Positions 1 to 14,430 of a DNA stretch of 64,000 bases are shown here, piece by piece. Both the position numbers and the translations under genes were made by a program. Numbering within the stretch: position 1 is the stretch's first letter; each line of letters begins with the position of its first letter. Below the pieces are notes generated by a model. That model was not told where the DNA came from. It did not search any database and saw only the letters and a program-made list of their open reading frames with translations. The DNA is from Eledone cirrhosa (lineage: Eukaryota): positions 123,070,001 to 123,134,000 of the forward strand of contig OZ024740.1 of assembly GCA_964016885.1 (NCBI GenBank), in the 5' to 3' direction.

Positions 1-1515
1 ATAAAGAAACAGTCAGCAAGGTTAGAATTAACAACGAATATAGTGAAGAGTTTAGTGTAAAAGTTGGTGTTCATCAGGGCTCTGTTCTTAGCCCCGTACT
101 ATTTATTATTGCCCTCCAGGCTATAAAAGTGGAGTTCAAGACCGGCTGCCCATGGGAACTCCTATACGCAGATGATCTAACGCTCATAGCTGAAACAATG
201 GCCAAGCTAGAGAAGAAATTCCAAACATGGAAGCACGGCCTAGAATCAAAAGGCCTTAAAATTAACCTGGCTAAGACTAAAGTTCTAGTTTGTAAGAAAG
301 AAAATAAGGTGGCGGTCCCCTCCGGGAAGTGGCCATGCTCAGAGTGTAGGAAAGGCGTAGGTAGAAACTCCATTTTGTGTCCCAAATGCAAAGTTTGGGT
401 GCATAAAAGATGTAGTGGGATCACAGGTAAGCTAACTAAGAACATAGATTTTACATGTGGCCAGTGTTCTGGGGCAATAAGTAGCAGCAAGTGCCCACAA
501 ATACTAGCTCTTTCAACTGCGCAGAGGGTTCTATAGAAATAGTGGACAGCTTCCGTTACCTGGGTGACAAAATCAGCAGTGGGGGAGGGTGCTCTGAAAG
601 TACAGTAGCTAGAGTCAGAACTGGGTGGAAAAAGTTCAGAGAGCTCATACCACTATTAGCCACTAAAGGGTTCTCCCTAAAAATGAAAGGCAAGTTGTAT
701 GATGCCTGCATATGAACAGCAATGTTGCACGGTAGTGAGACCTGGGCATTGTGTGCAGGGGATATATGCAGACTAGAGAGAAACGAAGCTTGCATGCTCT
801 GGTGGATGTGTAATAGTAATATACGTGAACGGCAAAGCATAAACGAACTAAGGAAAAAATTAGAAATAAGAGGGATCAGATGTTGTTTACTCGAGAGAAG
901 GCTACGTTGGTATGGTCACGTGATGCGCATGAAGGACGATAGCTGTATTACAAAGTGCAGGGCAATAAAGATAGACGGTAGCCACGGAATTGGCAGACCC
1001 AGAAAAACCTGGGACGAGCTGATAAATTCCGACCTCACACACTTACACCTCACCAAGACAATGTCACTGGACCGAGACCTTTGGCGGTACTCAGTAATAG
1101 AGAAGACCCGCCTTACCTAAATACAAAGTAAAACCTACTACAGTCAGTAGGCATCTCTAACAAAATACACCCCCGTCCCGCCACCCCCACCCCATCCACA
1201 CCGCCCCCTTTCAATGTAAAGTTATGTTGGTGCCACAACATCCAGGCCGAAACAAATGAGATCGTGTAGGTGTCACGTCAAAAAAACACACAGTTCACGC
1301 TGTAATGTGGCCGTGTAGGCAACACAGTAAAAACCTCCCAGCCCCACACTGTAAATGTGGTTGGTGTTAGGAAGGGCATCCAGCTGTAGAAAACCCGCCA
1401 GATAGTCCTATGCGAGCAAGATAACCACTCTTGCCTCAAGTGGGAAAACCCTCCGTCCAAACCCATGCAAGCATGGAACACGGACGTTAAACGATGATGA
1501 TGATGATGATGATGT
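1..1515 (+). mobile_element. RTE-clade LINE, 3' portion (RT C-terminus, 3' UTR, (GAT)n tail); disrupted ORF
   Basis: ORF pieces 129-536, 491-715 and 722-1120 contain GVHQGSVLSP, LLYADDL, FRYLG and RRLRWYGHV. Frameshift near 500 and in-frame TGA at 713. Near-identical to 23087-24748. Ends in GGACGTTAAAC(GAT)n. Confidence 0.93.
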
Positions 1516-3199
1516 TGAAAATATTTGGTGAACTGGGTCACATACTCAGTTGTTATAATGTGTCATATCTAATGACTAGAATAGCAGTGTCACCATTAAC
1601 TTTTATGTGGGCAAAAGAGATGCTGAAGCAGGAAACAATTTACTTCTAGTCATGGTAGTACAATGATATGCACTTAGTAAATTCTTTAAAATGGTTCATG
1701 ATGGGAAGGACATGCAGCTTTAGAAAACATGCCTCAATTGTTATATATGATCTCCACAACATATAGGAAGTCAATAACTCCCTATCAGAACTGACTCAGA
1801 TCATAACAAAGCATCCAACCCATGTCAGTATGTGAAAGATGATAAAATGATGATGATGATGATGATATATTCAATGACAGCAACAATAATTGTGACAATG
1901 ATGGCAATGATGATGATAAGAACAATGATAAAGATGATGGTGGTTCTTCACCACCTTTGAAATAATCAGTATAATTACTATTAAACTGCTTCTACAGTTC
2001 CTTGATGTGCTCTGATAAAGCAGAGAAATAACCAATTCATGAGGTATAAAATATCAGTTGATAATTCAAATCGATTATAAATGCTACTTGAAGAGCAAAG
2101 GAATTCATTGTTTAATTACCAATTGCAAGACTGCAATTAAAACTGATGAAATTATTTTATAAAAAACAAACATTCATATATCTTAAGCCTTCTATTATAG
2201 TTCAACATCTCTATTACATTGTGGTAAGCTCTTTGAGTGTGTACATTTAATTAAAGGTTTTTCATTTTGTTTATTCCTTCTATTAGTAATTTATAGATTG
2301 CCTGTAAGAGACACAAAACTCTGGTTAGTAACCATTAGTAATAAAACATAAATCCTCCATTCGCATTATGCCAAACCCATGGCCCAAGTACGTGATACAC
2401 CGAAACTCAGCCATTTCAGATAACATGAAATTCAACATATTAATTTTGGACTTAGTAACAGTGATGAAGAATGTGTCCTGTATCCACCACATGCAGTTCT
2501 CTGGCTACAATCAGACAGGCAGGATCAGGGTGGATAAAAGACCCAGAGCCTAATGGATGAAGATTGTAGAAAATGATGTGAATGAGACTTTCCCCATGTA
2601 TAGGAGTAAATGTTGGAATAGGATAGAGAAAACTAAAAAGAAGACTAATAAGATCAACTTGTGGTATGACAACAATTAATATCAAAGTATAATGTTCATC
2701 AATGTAACCCCCAGAAGTGAACTACCCAACATACTTAGAATGGCTACAGATAAACTAAAATAAAATATTAAATAAGTAAAAAAAACAGGTATCCCCATAT
2801 GCTTTTAAGAAAACATCCTGCACTGTCGGAAAATGTATAGTCTGCAAATGAAACCCCAAAATTAACTGCAATACTAGGAATATAGTATATGGCATAAGAT
2901 GTAAGGAGAGACAGTGTAGGTTTAGGAACACTACTTACATTAGTGAGATGGCTGTTGCATAGGAGAAAGGAAAATGAACACTGGCAAGAACTCCAAGATG
3001 GGGAAAAAATCATCAATACTCTAACAACATGCCAGAAAGGAGCATGGCGACACAGTAGAGAACATAGAGATAAAAATCATATCCACACACAGAGATAGGA
3101 CAAGCAACCAGTAAATAAATGTATAAATAAATGAATGAAAACACACACATCCTCATATATTGCATGCACAACCCAAGTACACAGCACACAGCTCACAAA

Positions 3200-3480
3200 A
3201 ACAAGATGGTGTAGGACAAAACAAAAGAGGGACACAAAATAAAAAATTAGTCACAAAGGAGATCATAGAATGTGTGATAAAAGAACCTTGACAATAAACA
3301 AATAAATAACCATCCAGTTATTAAACTAACCAACTGGATATTTATAATAAATTGAAGTGCAAACCAAACAAGGGTGCGTGTTTTTATTGGCAACATGACG
3401 CTCCCAAAGTATAAGAGTATCTGTTTCAACACACGTTTCAGACAAGGAATCGTGCAAAATAAACACAAAAACGAAGTATA
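3200..3480 (+). repeat. Degenerate copy of hammerhead-bearing non-coding repeat family C
   Basis: Similar to 3815-4027 and 42800-43265. Decayed hammerhead at about 3249-3293 (GTCA-CAAAGGA-GATCATA..TGTGAT-AAAA-GAAC-CT-TGAC). Runs into (TA)n. Confidence 0.6.
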
Positions 3481-3491
3481 TGTAAATGTAT

Positions 3492-3549
<58 letters not shown>

Positions 3550-3609
3550 CCCATGCTAGCATGGAAGATAGATGTTAAACGATGATGATGATGAGGAGGA
3601 TATATATAT

Positions 3610-4025
3610 ATTATTATGCTTTGGGAGGGTCATGTTGCTAATAAGAAACACACGCACCAGTTGCTTTCACTCCAATTTATTATAAGTTAAATTTATAAAT
3701 TTAAGAATTATAAATATCCGGTTGGTTGGTTCCATAACCGGATGGTTGCTCATATATTGTCAAAGTTCTTTCGTCACACATTCTGTGACCTGTGACATTA
3801 TGTGACCTCTTCAGGTCACAGAATGTGTGACGAAAGAACTTTGACAATATATGGGCAACCGTCCGGTTATGGAACCAACCAATCAGAAATTTATAAATTC
3901 TTAAATTTATAATAAATTGGAGTGAAAGCAAGTGGTGCATGTGTTTCTTATTGGCAACATGATCCTCCCAAAGCATAACAATATCGGTTCCAGATAAAGA
4001 ATCTTGCTAAACAAATTCAGAAACG

Positions 4026-4027
<2 letters not shown>
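3610..4027. repeat. Fold-back (inverted pair) of repeat family C, flanked by (TA)n
   Basis: About 3612-3790 is the reverse complement of about 3815-3980 (TGCTTTGGGAGG..CCTCCCAAAGCA; GTCAAAGTTCTTTCGTCACAC..GTGTGACGAAAGAACTTTGAC). The centre lies on the hammerhead core. Confidence 0.8.
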
Positions 4028-4058
<31 letters not shown>

Positions 4059-4467
4059 TGTGTATATATACTTGTATGTATATATATATAAAAGCACAAA
4101 ATACAATTGAACTCTTCTCAGATTATTTGTATGGTTCCTCACTGCCACCAGCACTGCCACTGTTGGATTGATTGATTGAGTAATTTACAAAAATGTTATT
4201 GCTTTCACTAAGCTTTGATAACGGTCATCCATTTTCTTAGTTTTTCATTGCTATCAGCATTTCTGGGTGTCAGTAACAGTTTTACGGTGCACTCTTTGAA
4301 ATTGGTGACAATTACTTCAGTTCTCCTTCTCTGGCATGTCATTTCTAACATCAAATCGTTTCTCACTTTAAACTAAACTTGACTTGATTGCTTTACTTGT
4401 GATGATGATGTATTATTGTTATTATTATTGTTGTTGGGATATTTTTTAATGTTTGTTTAGATTTGTT

Positions 4468-4507
<40 letters not shown>

Positions 4508-4526
4508 CATATATATCCTGATATGT

Positions 4527-4567
<41 letters not shown>

Positions 4568-5400
4568 TTTTCAGTTGTTTAACCATTTTCCTTTTTATCT
4601 TCATGTATTTTATTTTGTGCAGTTTCTCTTCTTATTTGTAAGTAAGTTTGAACATGTTAGTTGGAAACTAAATGCCATCTTTCCTATGATTGTTATTTGA
4701 AGAAATTGAATTCCTCTTTCATCCCTGATTCTGTCATCACTCAACAGGCCTTCTTTCTTCTCTCTGTCTCACTCAGTCAGTCAGACACATGTACCTATGA
4801 AATAAGAGCGTGTATTTGTCATTCAAAGTGCTGAAAGAGCAAAGACTTTGGAATCCATGAATAATCTGTGTTCCAATTATGACGAATGATTGTTCTATCA
4901 TCATTCAACATCCCTCCAAATAAAAATTTCATTCACCCCCTAATTCTACATCCCTCAAATTAATCTGATTTTCTCTTCATTTGAAATTTTCACTGTATGT
5001 CTCACCATACAACAGAATTAATGCTTGATATTTCCTGTATACATAATGTACAGAGTACAGTTCTGTGTTTACATTCCTTGAAATTTAACTTAGCATTTCA
5101 TTATTCAGGGTCATACTAGTGTAAATATCAGTGTCATACTAGTACAAAGTGAATCAATGCTACAGATAACAACCTCTATCACACTTTCAGCTCTTTCGAC
5201 ATTATTAAACTAGTCAAAGTTCAAGTTAGGTTGTGAGTTAATCATGTCTATAATCTAGATTCTGTTCATGAAAATTTCACTTCTCTTATGTTATTATACA
5301 TATTGTCTGTCTAAGAAAATATATCAACAACAACAATATAAGACACTTACAATATAGTGCTTTGTCATATAAAAAGGAATTTCAAAGAATGTGGTTATAT

Positions 5401-5886
5401 CATCATCAACGTTTAACGTCCGTGTTCCACGCTTGCATGGGTTTGGACGGGGGTTTTCCCACTTGAGGCAAGAGTGATTGTCTTGCGGGTTTTCTACAGC
5501 TGGATCCCCTTCCTAACACCAACCACATTTACAGTGTGGGTCTGGGAGGTTTTTACCGTGTTGCCTACAAGGCCACATTACAGCGTGGACTGTGTGTTTT
5601 TTGTCGTGATACCTACAACCTGCCTTTCATTTTTAGGGAGAACCCTTTAGCGGCTAATAGTGGTATAAGCTCTCTGAACTTTTTCCATCCAGTTCTGACT
5701 CTAGCTACTGTACTTTCAGAGCACCCTCCCCCACTGCTGATTTTGTCACCCAGGTAACGGAAGCTGTCCACTATTTCTATTGAACCCTCTGCGCAGTTGA
5801 AAGAGCTAGTATTTTGTGGGCACTTGCTGCTACTTATTGCACCAGAGCACCGGCCACATGTAAAATCTATGTTCTTAGTTAGCTTA
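5401..5886 (-). mobile_element. Short, internally deleted RTE LINE copy
   Basis: 3' UTR and (CAT)n at about 5401-5615 are fused directly to the ORF segment KLTKNIDFTCGRC...KMKGRL (5616-5886). The 5' end abuts (TA)n. Confidence 0.88.
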
Positions 5887-8800
5887 CACACATATATATA
5901 TATATATATATATAGACACAAAATCGTTGATGATGATGATACAAGTTTGTATGGATATGTGAGTGTATCTTACCTTCATCATTAATCCATGTCTGGTTTA
6001 GTGCAGAGCAAATTATAATATGATATATTAAACACATGTAGAGGAGGATATAATATGATGCACAAAACAAATATGAGTAAGAGTAACCAACTTAAGAAGA
6101 GTTGAGAAAACTCCACCTAAGTAAAATCAGGACACCCTAACTGACCCGCTTCCCATGCAAGCTGCTTTAAATTTGCTGAAAAATATATTTGGCCTTAACC
6201 AAGCAAATTTCTCTGGGTCATGATCCTTCTGCTATGAATATACAGCTACTGTAGTCTTTAACATTTACTTAATTTTCAGGGATGCCTGATAGTCAACCCT
6301 CATCTCCTCAATCAGCATAGTATTTGATTTGTACTTTTTGGGGATCTGTATCAAATGAAGTGGGTTAAGCCTCATTTGAATTTCTGTAAAGTTCCCACAC
6401 TTCTGTGGGGGAAGTAATTCTTAAGGGACATTTAGTCTTTTGATTACCTTTTGTCTATGCTCAGTCTATTTTTCAACTGTCTCTGTTTTTTGCCAACATC
6501 CTCCAGTCTCTATCCTCACTTAATTGTTATGTTAGTGTTGTACTGCTGCTGGCCTATCCTGCACTGGAGTAGGATACACCTTGAATTGTTAGTACTCCAA
6601 TACTTAGTTGGTCATTATGATTTGTGATGTTGAGTGTGAGGCTATTTTATTTGCTAATACACCAGTTAGCCCTGAAACTGCAGCTTTGACATCCTGGAAA
6701 CAGTCATAGCAATTGCTAGGTGTTTCATGCCTGGGTCCTGTTGGCATTGTTATTACCTTCTTTTACATTTTACTTTGGGGATATAGCCCTCAAGTAATCA
6801 TTACGACCACAAACATTAAAACTGGTCTTTCTGATTTATGCCAAAATGTTATTGGTCTATTTGCTTCCTCAATTAATAAATTTAGTAACTATTTTTAGCA
6901 GTATTGGGAGCTATGTATAGTCCCTTCTGTTATGGGAAGAGATATGCATGGTGTCATATTCATGCTGTGTGCAAGTCAGGGGTCAATGTCCTTGCCAATG
7001 TCTCTAAACATGATCCTGGTGTTCCAGAAATCTTTGTACTGCCACACCAGTTGGTTGGCAAAATTACGATGCAGCAATTGCATATGTCTCTTTTTCCTAT
7101 TCTCAGGCTTTAAGACAAGTTAAATGCTACTACATGCCATGCCTCATTTGAAATAGTACACATCCAGCCACATAATAAGCCAGGGTCTCTTAAAACTTTT
7201 TATTCGATTGGCATATGGAAGACATATCAATATCATTTTAAACATAAGTATGTCATCTTCCTACTCTTCCAATCCTGGATAACGTCATTGCACAAGATGG
7301 CAGTGTCATTAGTGCCATACTTCATCCATTCTTTCTCCTTTCCCTTGAGCAGACTGAAGTCAAATCACACATTAAAAGCTGAAATATTGATGACATAATT
7401 GTTCAGGATGTTTTGTTTTTTCTATTTAAAATTATTTTTTCTAACAATCCTCTTTTGTCTTTTATTGTACAACTGTAAGTATCTATGCTTCAAGCTCCGT
7501 CTGTTTAATTGGTATCATTGTGCCTCTTATTTTTTTAATCCTGTTTTCTTTTCCGTTTGAAATTAATTTTAGATTGTATTTGTTTTCATTATTAAGATGA
7601 CTGCGACCACTACTGCAGTGAGCACCTGCTACTTAAAAAGTCATTTGAACCATGAATAACAAAGCAAATGGCTATGTGCCAGACATAGATTAGGCAGTTA
7701 ACATTGCCTGAAAACAAACTTCTCTTATATCCTAGATAATGAAGTTGACCCTCAAATAATCTAAAAGCTATCTGTTATGAAAACTAGGACAACAAATTTT
7801 TCCATTCAGTAAAGAAAATGCTTTTTTTAATGTTAGAGCTCACTTAGAAGCATCTGGTTTTTTTTAAATGCAATAATATTAGGAATAGCATCAGTCATAA
7901 CACATGATAAAGCATCTAAAAAGAATTGGGAGAAATTATCCAAATTTAAAGATCTAGAAATATAAATGATCAGAATATGAGAAATAAAACAAGAAACAGT
8001 CTATAATAATAATAGGCACCTTGGGGATGATTAAAAAAGCAGACAAATGTATGTATGGATGGACAGATACATGAATATATGTATGGATGGACGGATGAAC
8101 TGCAACATGTGATGGCATCATTATTTCTTCCAGAGAAGGAAAAAAGAGAAAGTGATAGAGAGGAAGTAAGAAAGACATATAGAAGAAGAATTGATGCCAG
8201 TAATAAATTGGTAATTTTTTTATTGACATAGAAAGAATGAAAGACAAATTAGTCTTGGTGGGATTTGAACTCAAATCACAGCGAACCAGCCAACAATAGA
8301 TGCAGAATGTTCTATCCAACATTCTAATAACTCTGCTCATTCACTACCTTGAAGCAGACATATACATAACAAAAACCTTAGAAGTTAGAAATATGCCCAA
8401 TGTACAGAAATGATCACTAATAATTATTGCACATACACGAAGTTATGTACTTTCAATGCTATAGAAAATACAAAACAAAAATAAAATACTGTATATACTC
8501 AATGTGCACAAAGTTGTGCTCAGTTGTGTACTGAAAGTATATAATTAAATTACAACTATTGAAGCATAATGGTTTCTAACATAGGTACAAAAAGACATAT
8601 TTTGAGGAGAAAGAAGAGATGATTATTTTGCTTCCAATATTTGACTGTTCTAAGCCAAAGGCTCATCAGGCAGGTGCTTATTCTTAGTTTACTTGGCACT
8701 AGGTGAAAGATTACAAGGCTCTCCCTGAACAGGATGCCAGTCTATCACAGGTTTAAATCCCCAACTACTGATGGTACTCATATCAGCTTAGTATACTGGA

Positions 8801-9144
8801 ACATGCTTTTCTCAAGAACACAATGCAGAAATCAACCTGACTATTTTACAATCAAACATTCTAAACATTAGCTACATATTTTATCAATCCAGCAGATAAT
8901 AATTTATCTCTCACAATAAACAGAAAAATATGCAAATATAAAGATGTAAAAATAGAATTTAACATAAATGTGGGTGCTGAAAACAAAACCAATTCCTATA
9001 ATAATACGTAATGTGGCAATGAGAAAATAAATAAAATAAACAAGACATCAATGCAGTACCAACAGCAAGAGAAGTAGAAGAATTCTAAGGCAGTAAAGGA
9101 AATCCCATGGACAATTTTGGCAAAACCAACAAACACACTATCTG

Positions 9145-9330
9145 AATAATTGTTTCTACTTTTGGCACAAGGCCAGCAATTACCCAGTACATTACTGGTA
9201 CTTTATTTTATCGACCTCTGTATGGATGAAAGGCAAAGTTAACCTCGGCGGGATTTGAAATTAAATCGTAAAGGGACGTAACTATGCTGGAAAGCATATA
9301 AGACCCTCTACCGATACTGCCAATTCACCT
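9145..9330 (-). mobile_element. tRNA-derived SINE (cephalopod-type)
   Basis: Minus strand GGTGAATTGGCAGTATCGGT (A-box-like), TTCAAATCCCGCCGAGGTTAACTTTGCCTTTCATCC (B-box-like plus core), then GGCCTTGTGCC..AGTAGAAACAATTATT. Related pieces near 8170-8350, 17035-17080, 18838-18912, 27280-27420 and 28910-28955. Confidence 0.7.
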
Positions 9331-9369
9331 GAATAATAATGTGTAGTCATAACACAATGTAAAAAAGAA

Positions 9370-9753
9370 TTTAGTGAGTTGGTCCCAGAGAATTTTCATA
9401 AAATATCATGCTATGTGAGAATTATCTCTCACTACAAGAAGTAATGACTGAAAGCGTAACGTGTTTCTCAAAACGATTATAAAACATAACTTGCATTTAT
9501 TGTAGTCCATGTTACTAACGTGGTAAACAAATATCCTCGTGGCATAACGAGGTATAATCCTGAACCATGAGATGTGGTTGGAGAAGGGTTAGCATGCTTG
9601 CGCTCGATGTGATCAGTTTGAGAAAGGCCGCCAAAAGAGTGTGAGTGGGCAAGAGACGTCGAGTGACGTCAGAACACTCCCTTATATACTGGCCACGGGG
9701 AAGTAACTCCAATTAGTTTTTTCTCTCAGGACAAGGTGGCGCTCGTCGCTACA
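9370..9753 (-). repeat. 3' LTR of the Gypsy element
   Basis: Direct repeat of 13987-14430, lacking about 60 bp after GGTCCCAG. The minus strand starts TGTAGC and ends CTCACTAAA. Confidence 0.9.
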
Positions 9754-9832
9754 AGGCTCAGCTCCAGACGATAGTCGATAAAAACAGTAAAGTCATTGTA
9801 GCGAGGAGCCAGCAAAACAAAAGGTACATAAA

Positions 9833-12800
9833 TTACAATGGTTTGCAACAGAAACAAAGTATGAAATAAGCATGCAGAAAAATGTAACTGGAACAATACA
9901 ATTCAAAACAGTACAAGGGAGCAAGGAAAATAGTGCTCAAAATAAGTTCAACATTTTTCAAAGTCAAATAGTTAATGCCACTAGGGGTTAGATGTATATT
10001 GTTTTTTGTGAGTTTACGTGGCCATATTACTGTCCTGCCACTTCGTGTGACATACGGTTGTGTGGTATGTGGTGTTTGAGGTGAAGGTGTTTGTGTGGGA
10101 GTGTATGTGCGAGGTATGTCAAGAAATGACGTGAGACTTTCAGAGAAAGCCTTCTTTGCTCTGTCAACGGATATAATCTCATTCCGACCTTCGACAGCCA
10201 CTGTAAAGTGTTTTGGTGTCTGCGAAAGCACACGAAAAGGTCCTTTATAGGGTGACGTAAGTAGTCCCTTGACGGAATCATTCCGTATAAAAATATGTCT
10301 CCACGTAGAGATGTCCGATGGGACAGCAGAAGAAATAGGCTGGTCACGGGGGTTCATTGGTGGAAGATCCGAGAAATACGAACGAATCCTGGTGACATAT
10401 GATGCTGGGTCAAGATGCGATGAATCCACTGGTGCTAACATTTGACCAGGAAGAGTCAATGTGGTACCATAAATAAGTTCAGCAGAAGAGAAACATAAAT
10501 CTGTCTTAATGGCAGAACAACAACCAAGAAGCACGATTGGCAAAAATTCGGTCCAACGTTGCCGATCTGGAGTAGCGCGGAGTGCAGCTTTCAACTGTCT
10601 GTGAAATCTCTCCACCATTCCGTTAGAGGCTGGGTGATAGCTGGTCGTATGAATGTGATGAGCACCACCCAAGAGTCGTGATATTTCACGAAATAAGGAA
10701 GCTTTAAACTGTCGTCCACGATCCGTAGTTATTTTAGCAGGAACACCAAAGCCAGCAATCCAATTGGAAATGAAAGCTCAGGCAACGGACTCTGCTGTTA
10801 TGTCCACTAGGGGTAAGGCTTCAGGCCACCGAGAGAAACGATCGATACAAGTCAATATATATGTGAACCCACGACTAACGGGCCACGGACCAAAAATATC
10901 CATGTGAATATGACGGAAACGTTCGTCTGGCGTGCTGAATTTCCCAAAAGGATCGCGGACATGCCGATAAATCTTAGAGCGCTGATACTTCAAACAAGAA
11001 CGTGCCCAACTGGTGATTAAACGACGCATATTAGACCAGAGGAATCGAGCCGTAATAAGCTTCACCGTGGCATCTATGCCAGGATGCGACAAGGAATGAA
11101 GTGCATCAAAAACGGTACGCTGATGACAATCCGGAACAAGCGGTCTGGGTGAGACAGTAGAAATATCGCAAAGAATTTTTCCTTCAGCAGATGGAAGAGG
11201 TAAATAATCAAACTTACAGCAGGAAAGTTGGGTAGAAGAAATGTTCAACGAATCCAAAATAGGTTGGTCACTTGCTATGGCAACCAAATCGATATGTGCA
11301 GGAGACGCAAGAGAACACACAGAAAGTCGAGATAGTGCGTCCGCAGGTATGTTGGCAGTTCCAGCTATATGACGAATGTCACTGGTATACTGGGAGATGA
11401 GATCCAGATGCCTATACGCTCTCGGAGAGTACCTGTCGGATTTGATTTGAAGTGCGAATGTGAGTGGTTTATGGTTTGTGAATACCTAGAATTCCCGACC
11501 TTCAAGAAGATGGTGGAAGTGTCTCACAGCAAGATAAATCGCTAGAAGCTCTCTGTCAAAAGTACTATAACGTTGCTCTGCTGGTTTTAGTTGGCGTGAG
11601 AAAAACGCCAGTGGTTGAACCTGGTGATCGATCGCATGTTGCAAAACTGCACCAACAGCATCATCGGATGCATCAACAGATAAGGAAAGTCTCGCATTTG
11701 CAACAGGATGGGCAAGGAAGGAAACTTCAGCTAGCTCACACTTGACGGATTCAAAAGACTGCAAGACATCGGCAGAAAGTGAAATAGGAGCATCTTTATT
11801 TTTTGCAGCCTTTAAAAACTGTGTCAAGAGGACAACTTGTCCGCACAGTTAGGGATGAAACGACGATAAAAGTTGATTAATCCTAAGAAATGACGTAATT
11901 GTTACAAGGAGGTGGGTGGTGCGATATCCTGAATCGCTTATACCTTAGATGGCAAATGTCGTATGCCTACTGAATCTATCAGATGTCCTAGGAATTCCAG
12001 TGAACCTGTACCAAACACACCTTTAGCTGGGTTGATTCTGACCTGGTATGATTGAAGACGTTGAAATAACTGAGTTAGATGTTGCTGATGATGTTCAGCT
12101 GTGCCGCTGGCTATTAGGAGGTCATCCACATAAGCAAACACGAAATCCAATCCACGCATGACTTCATCGATAAAACGTTGGAACGTGCTAGAGGCATTCC
12201 ACAAGCCAAAAGGCATGGACAGCAATTCAAATGAACTAAAGGGGGTGGTCACAGCTGTTTTTGGTATATCCTCTGGATTCATGGGTATCTGGTGGTATGC
12301 ACGTATCAGATCTATTTTAGAAAATATCTTGCATCCATGCAGAACGGATGAAAAATCCTGTAAATTTGGTAGAGGATGACGGTCCGGCATGGTGATGGCA
12401 TTAACGCGTCGATAATCTCCCACAGGTCTAAAATCCGCTTCATCCTTACGAGCCAAGTGAAGCGGAGATGCCCATGGGCTGGTGGACGGTCGTATAAGAC
12501 CGAGCTGGAGCATGTGCTGGAACTCGTTCGTGCATTTTTTAGTCTATCCGGAGCCAACCTTCGTGGACGAGTGATAACAGGTGGACCAGTTGTTGTAACG
12601 AAGTGTTGAGTCGAGTGGGCTGCCTGGGTAGGTTTAAATGAAATATCCGTTAACTCGGGAAACGAGGTAAGGAGTGCATAAAACTGGTTTCCAGCTGCAG
12701 CCACATAAGATGACGGACTGACAGCAGTAGTGGTAGATTTACGAGTAGGCGTAGATAATGATGTGGTACTATCCACAAGTTTCTGGTTCCCGACATCTAC

Positions 12801-13841
12801 CAAAAGTGAATAGTGCTGTAAGAAATCCGCACCGAGAATAGGATGAGGTAGGTCGGCAATGACAAAAATCCATTTGAAATCTCGACGCAAAGCTAGGTCC
12901 AATGTTAAAGATGAATTTTTATAGGAGACTGGTTTGCTGCATGCAAGGAAATGCCGGAAAGAATTGGTTTGGTAGAGTTGAACCGAAGAGGCCAAATACT
13001 GCAACTAGATCATGTGTCCACCATAAATGATTTGTTTGAAACTCGGTCTCTGATGAAGAAAGCACGATAAGGTGAATTGTTAAGGAAGAGGTCTGCTGTG
13101 TTCATACTCTCCAAACTTAGTTTTTTCGATGCTCCAAAAGAGCAGGGCTGAATACAATATTTTGCCTTTACAAGAAAACGTATGTGATACCAACACAAAG
13201 ACGAGTTGTTGGCGGCGAGGTTGGCGCGACGGTGAAAGGAAGAAGACCGACTTCGTGAACGCCACCTAGATGGCGTTCGATCCCTACATAGTTTAGCTAC
13301 TTGCCTAGTTAACGCGTCAATGGCTCTCAGCATTGAGTCCTCACGAGGTGAAGCAGGCTGGGTTTTGAAAGCAGAAGGGGCAATGACCGAATCAGCCGAG
13401 GTAAGTTCTCTAGAAAATTCTATAATTCTGTCCGCAGAGGCAGCAATTTGTTCTATCGAACTGGTGTCAACCGTATTCGCCAATATGGTTTGCACATTGG
13501 TTGGCAAACGGGAGAAGAAGAACTTTTTTTACGAAGGAACTGTCTTCGGGCGCAGCATCACTGAGTTCACGGATACGCCGTAAAAACTCTGTACGAGTTC
13601 TGTCCCCCAGATTTTCATCCTCTAATAAGGAACGAAATTTACTCCGAGACGACCTACTGTTCCTACGCAGTATCTCTGTCTTCAAAGACTCGTAGGAAAC
13701 GCCTTGAGGAGGGTCCGTGATTATGTCTTTTACTGTAATTGCTAGTGAAGATGGAATTTCGCTGATTAGCAAGTTTAATTTTTGCTGTTTTTCCTGTACT
13801 CCGTTGACCGGAAAATACGCATCGAGCTGGGCGAACCACAA
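9833..13841 (-). pseudogene. Frameshifted gag-pol of the Gypsy element
   Basis: Gag WFAQLDAYF (13467-13841) and CHCC (13010-13507). Protease FMVDT followed by a stop. RT with FAYVDD (11938-12513). RNase H VDASDDAVG..YSTFDRELLA (11486-11827). Integrase HSLSHPG, HIHMDIFGP and [14 protein letters not shown] (9833-11320). Confidence 0.9.
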
Positions 13842-13969
13842 TTTGGCATCGCCAGAATACGCTGGTCACAATGTGTTGCTCATGATGAAATTTGGTCGAG
13901 AGAGATGATTTTCGTTTTCAAAACGTCGGGAGAAATTATATGTTCAGATGTCGATAGAAATTATATGTT

Positions 13970-13986
13970 CAGACGGGGTCATCACT
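13970..13986 (-). promoter_or_regulatory. Primer binding site, degenerate tRNA-Trp type
   Basis: Minus strand AGTGATGACCCCGTCTG directly after the 5' LTR, close to the Trp PBS TGGTGACCCCGAC. Confidence 0.65.
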
Positions 13987-14430
13987 TTTAGTGAGCTGGT
14001 CCCAGGGTTACTTACTCCAGTAAGTACCACCGGATCCCAACTACTAAATTTAATGGAAATATGAGATAGGAGAATTTTCATACAATATCATGCCGTGTGA
14101 GAATTATCTCTCACTACAAGAAGTCAAGAAGTAATGACTGAAAGCGTAACGAGTATAAAAAAATAACATGCATTTATTGTAGTCCATGTTACAAACGTGG
14201 TAAGCAAATATCCTCGTGGCATAACGAGGCACAATCCTGAATCATGAGATGTGGTCGGAGAAAGGTTAGCATGCTTGCGCTCGGTGTGATCAGTTTGAGA
14301 AAAGCCGCCAAAAGAGTGTGAGTGAACAAGAGAGGTCGATTGACGTCAGAACACTCCCTTATATACTGGCCACGGGGAAGCAACTCCAATTAGTTTTTTC
14401 TCCCCGGGGAAGGTGGCGCTAGTTGCTACA
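13987..14430 (-). repeat. 5' LTR of the Gypsy element
   Basis: Direct repeat of 9370-9753. Contains TATATAAG and AATAAA on the minus strand. Confidence 0.9.

Larger units (their letters stand above)
9370..14430 (-). mobile_element. Full-length decayed Ty3/Gypsy LTR retrotransposon, CsRn1/Kabuki-like
   Basis: Two similar LTRs with a 4-bp TSD AGAA (9366-9369 and 14431-14434). Gag-PR-RT-RH-IN order on the minus strand. Gag Cx2Hx9Cx3C motif (CWYHIRFLVKAKYCIQPC). tRNA-Trp-like PBS. Confidence 0.93.

Noticed and set aside
2300-3060. Possible decayed coding or retroelement sequence
   Set aside because: No recognisable motif in any frame.
4208-4372. Minus-strand 54-codon frame ending ..NEKLRKWMTVIKA*, vaguely like a PH-domain terminal helix
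   Set aside because: Short, weak splice acceptor and no other supporting exons.
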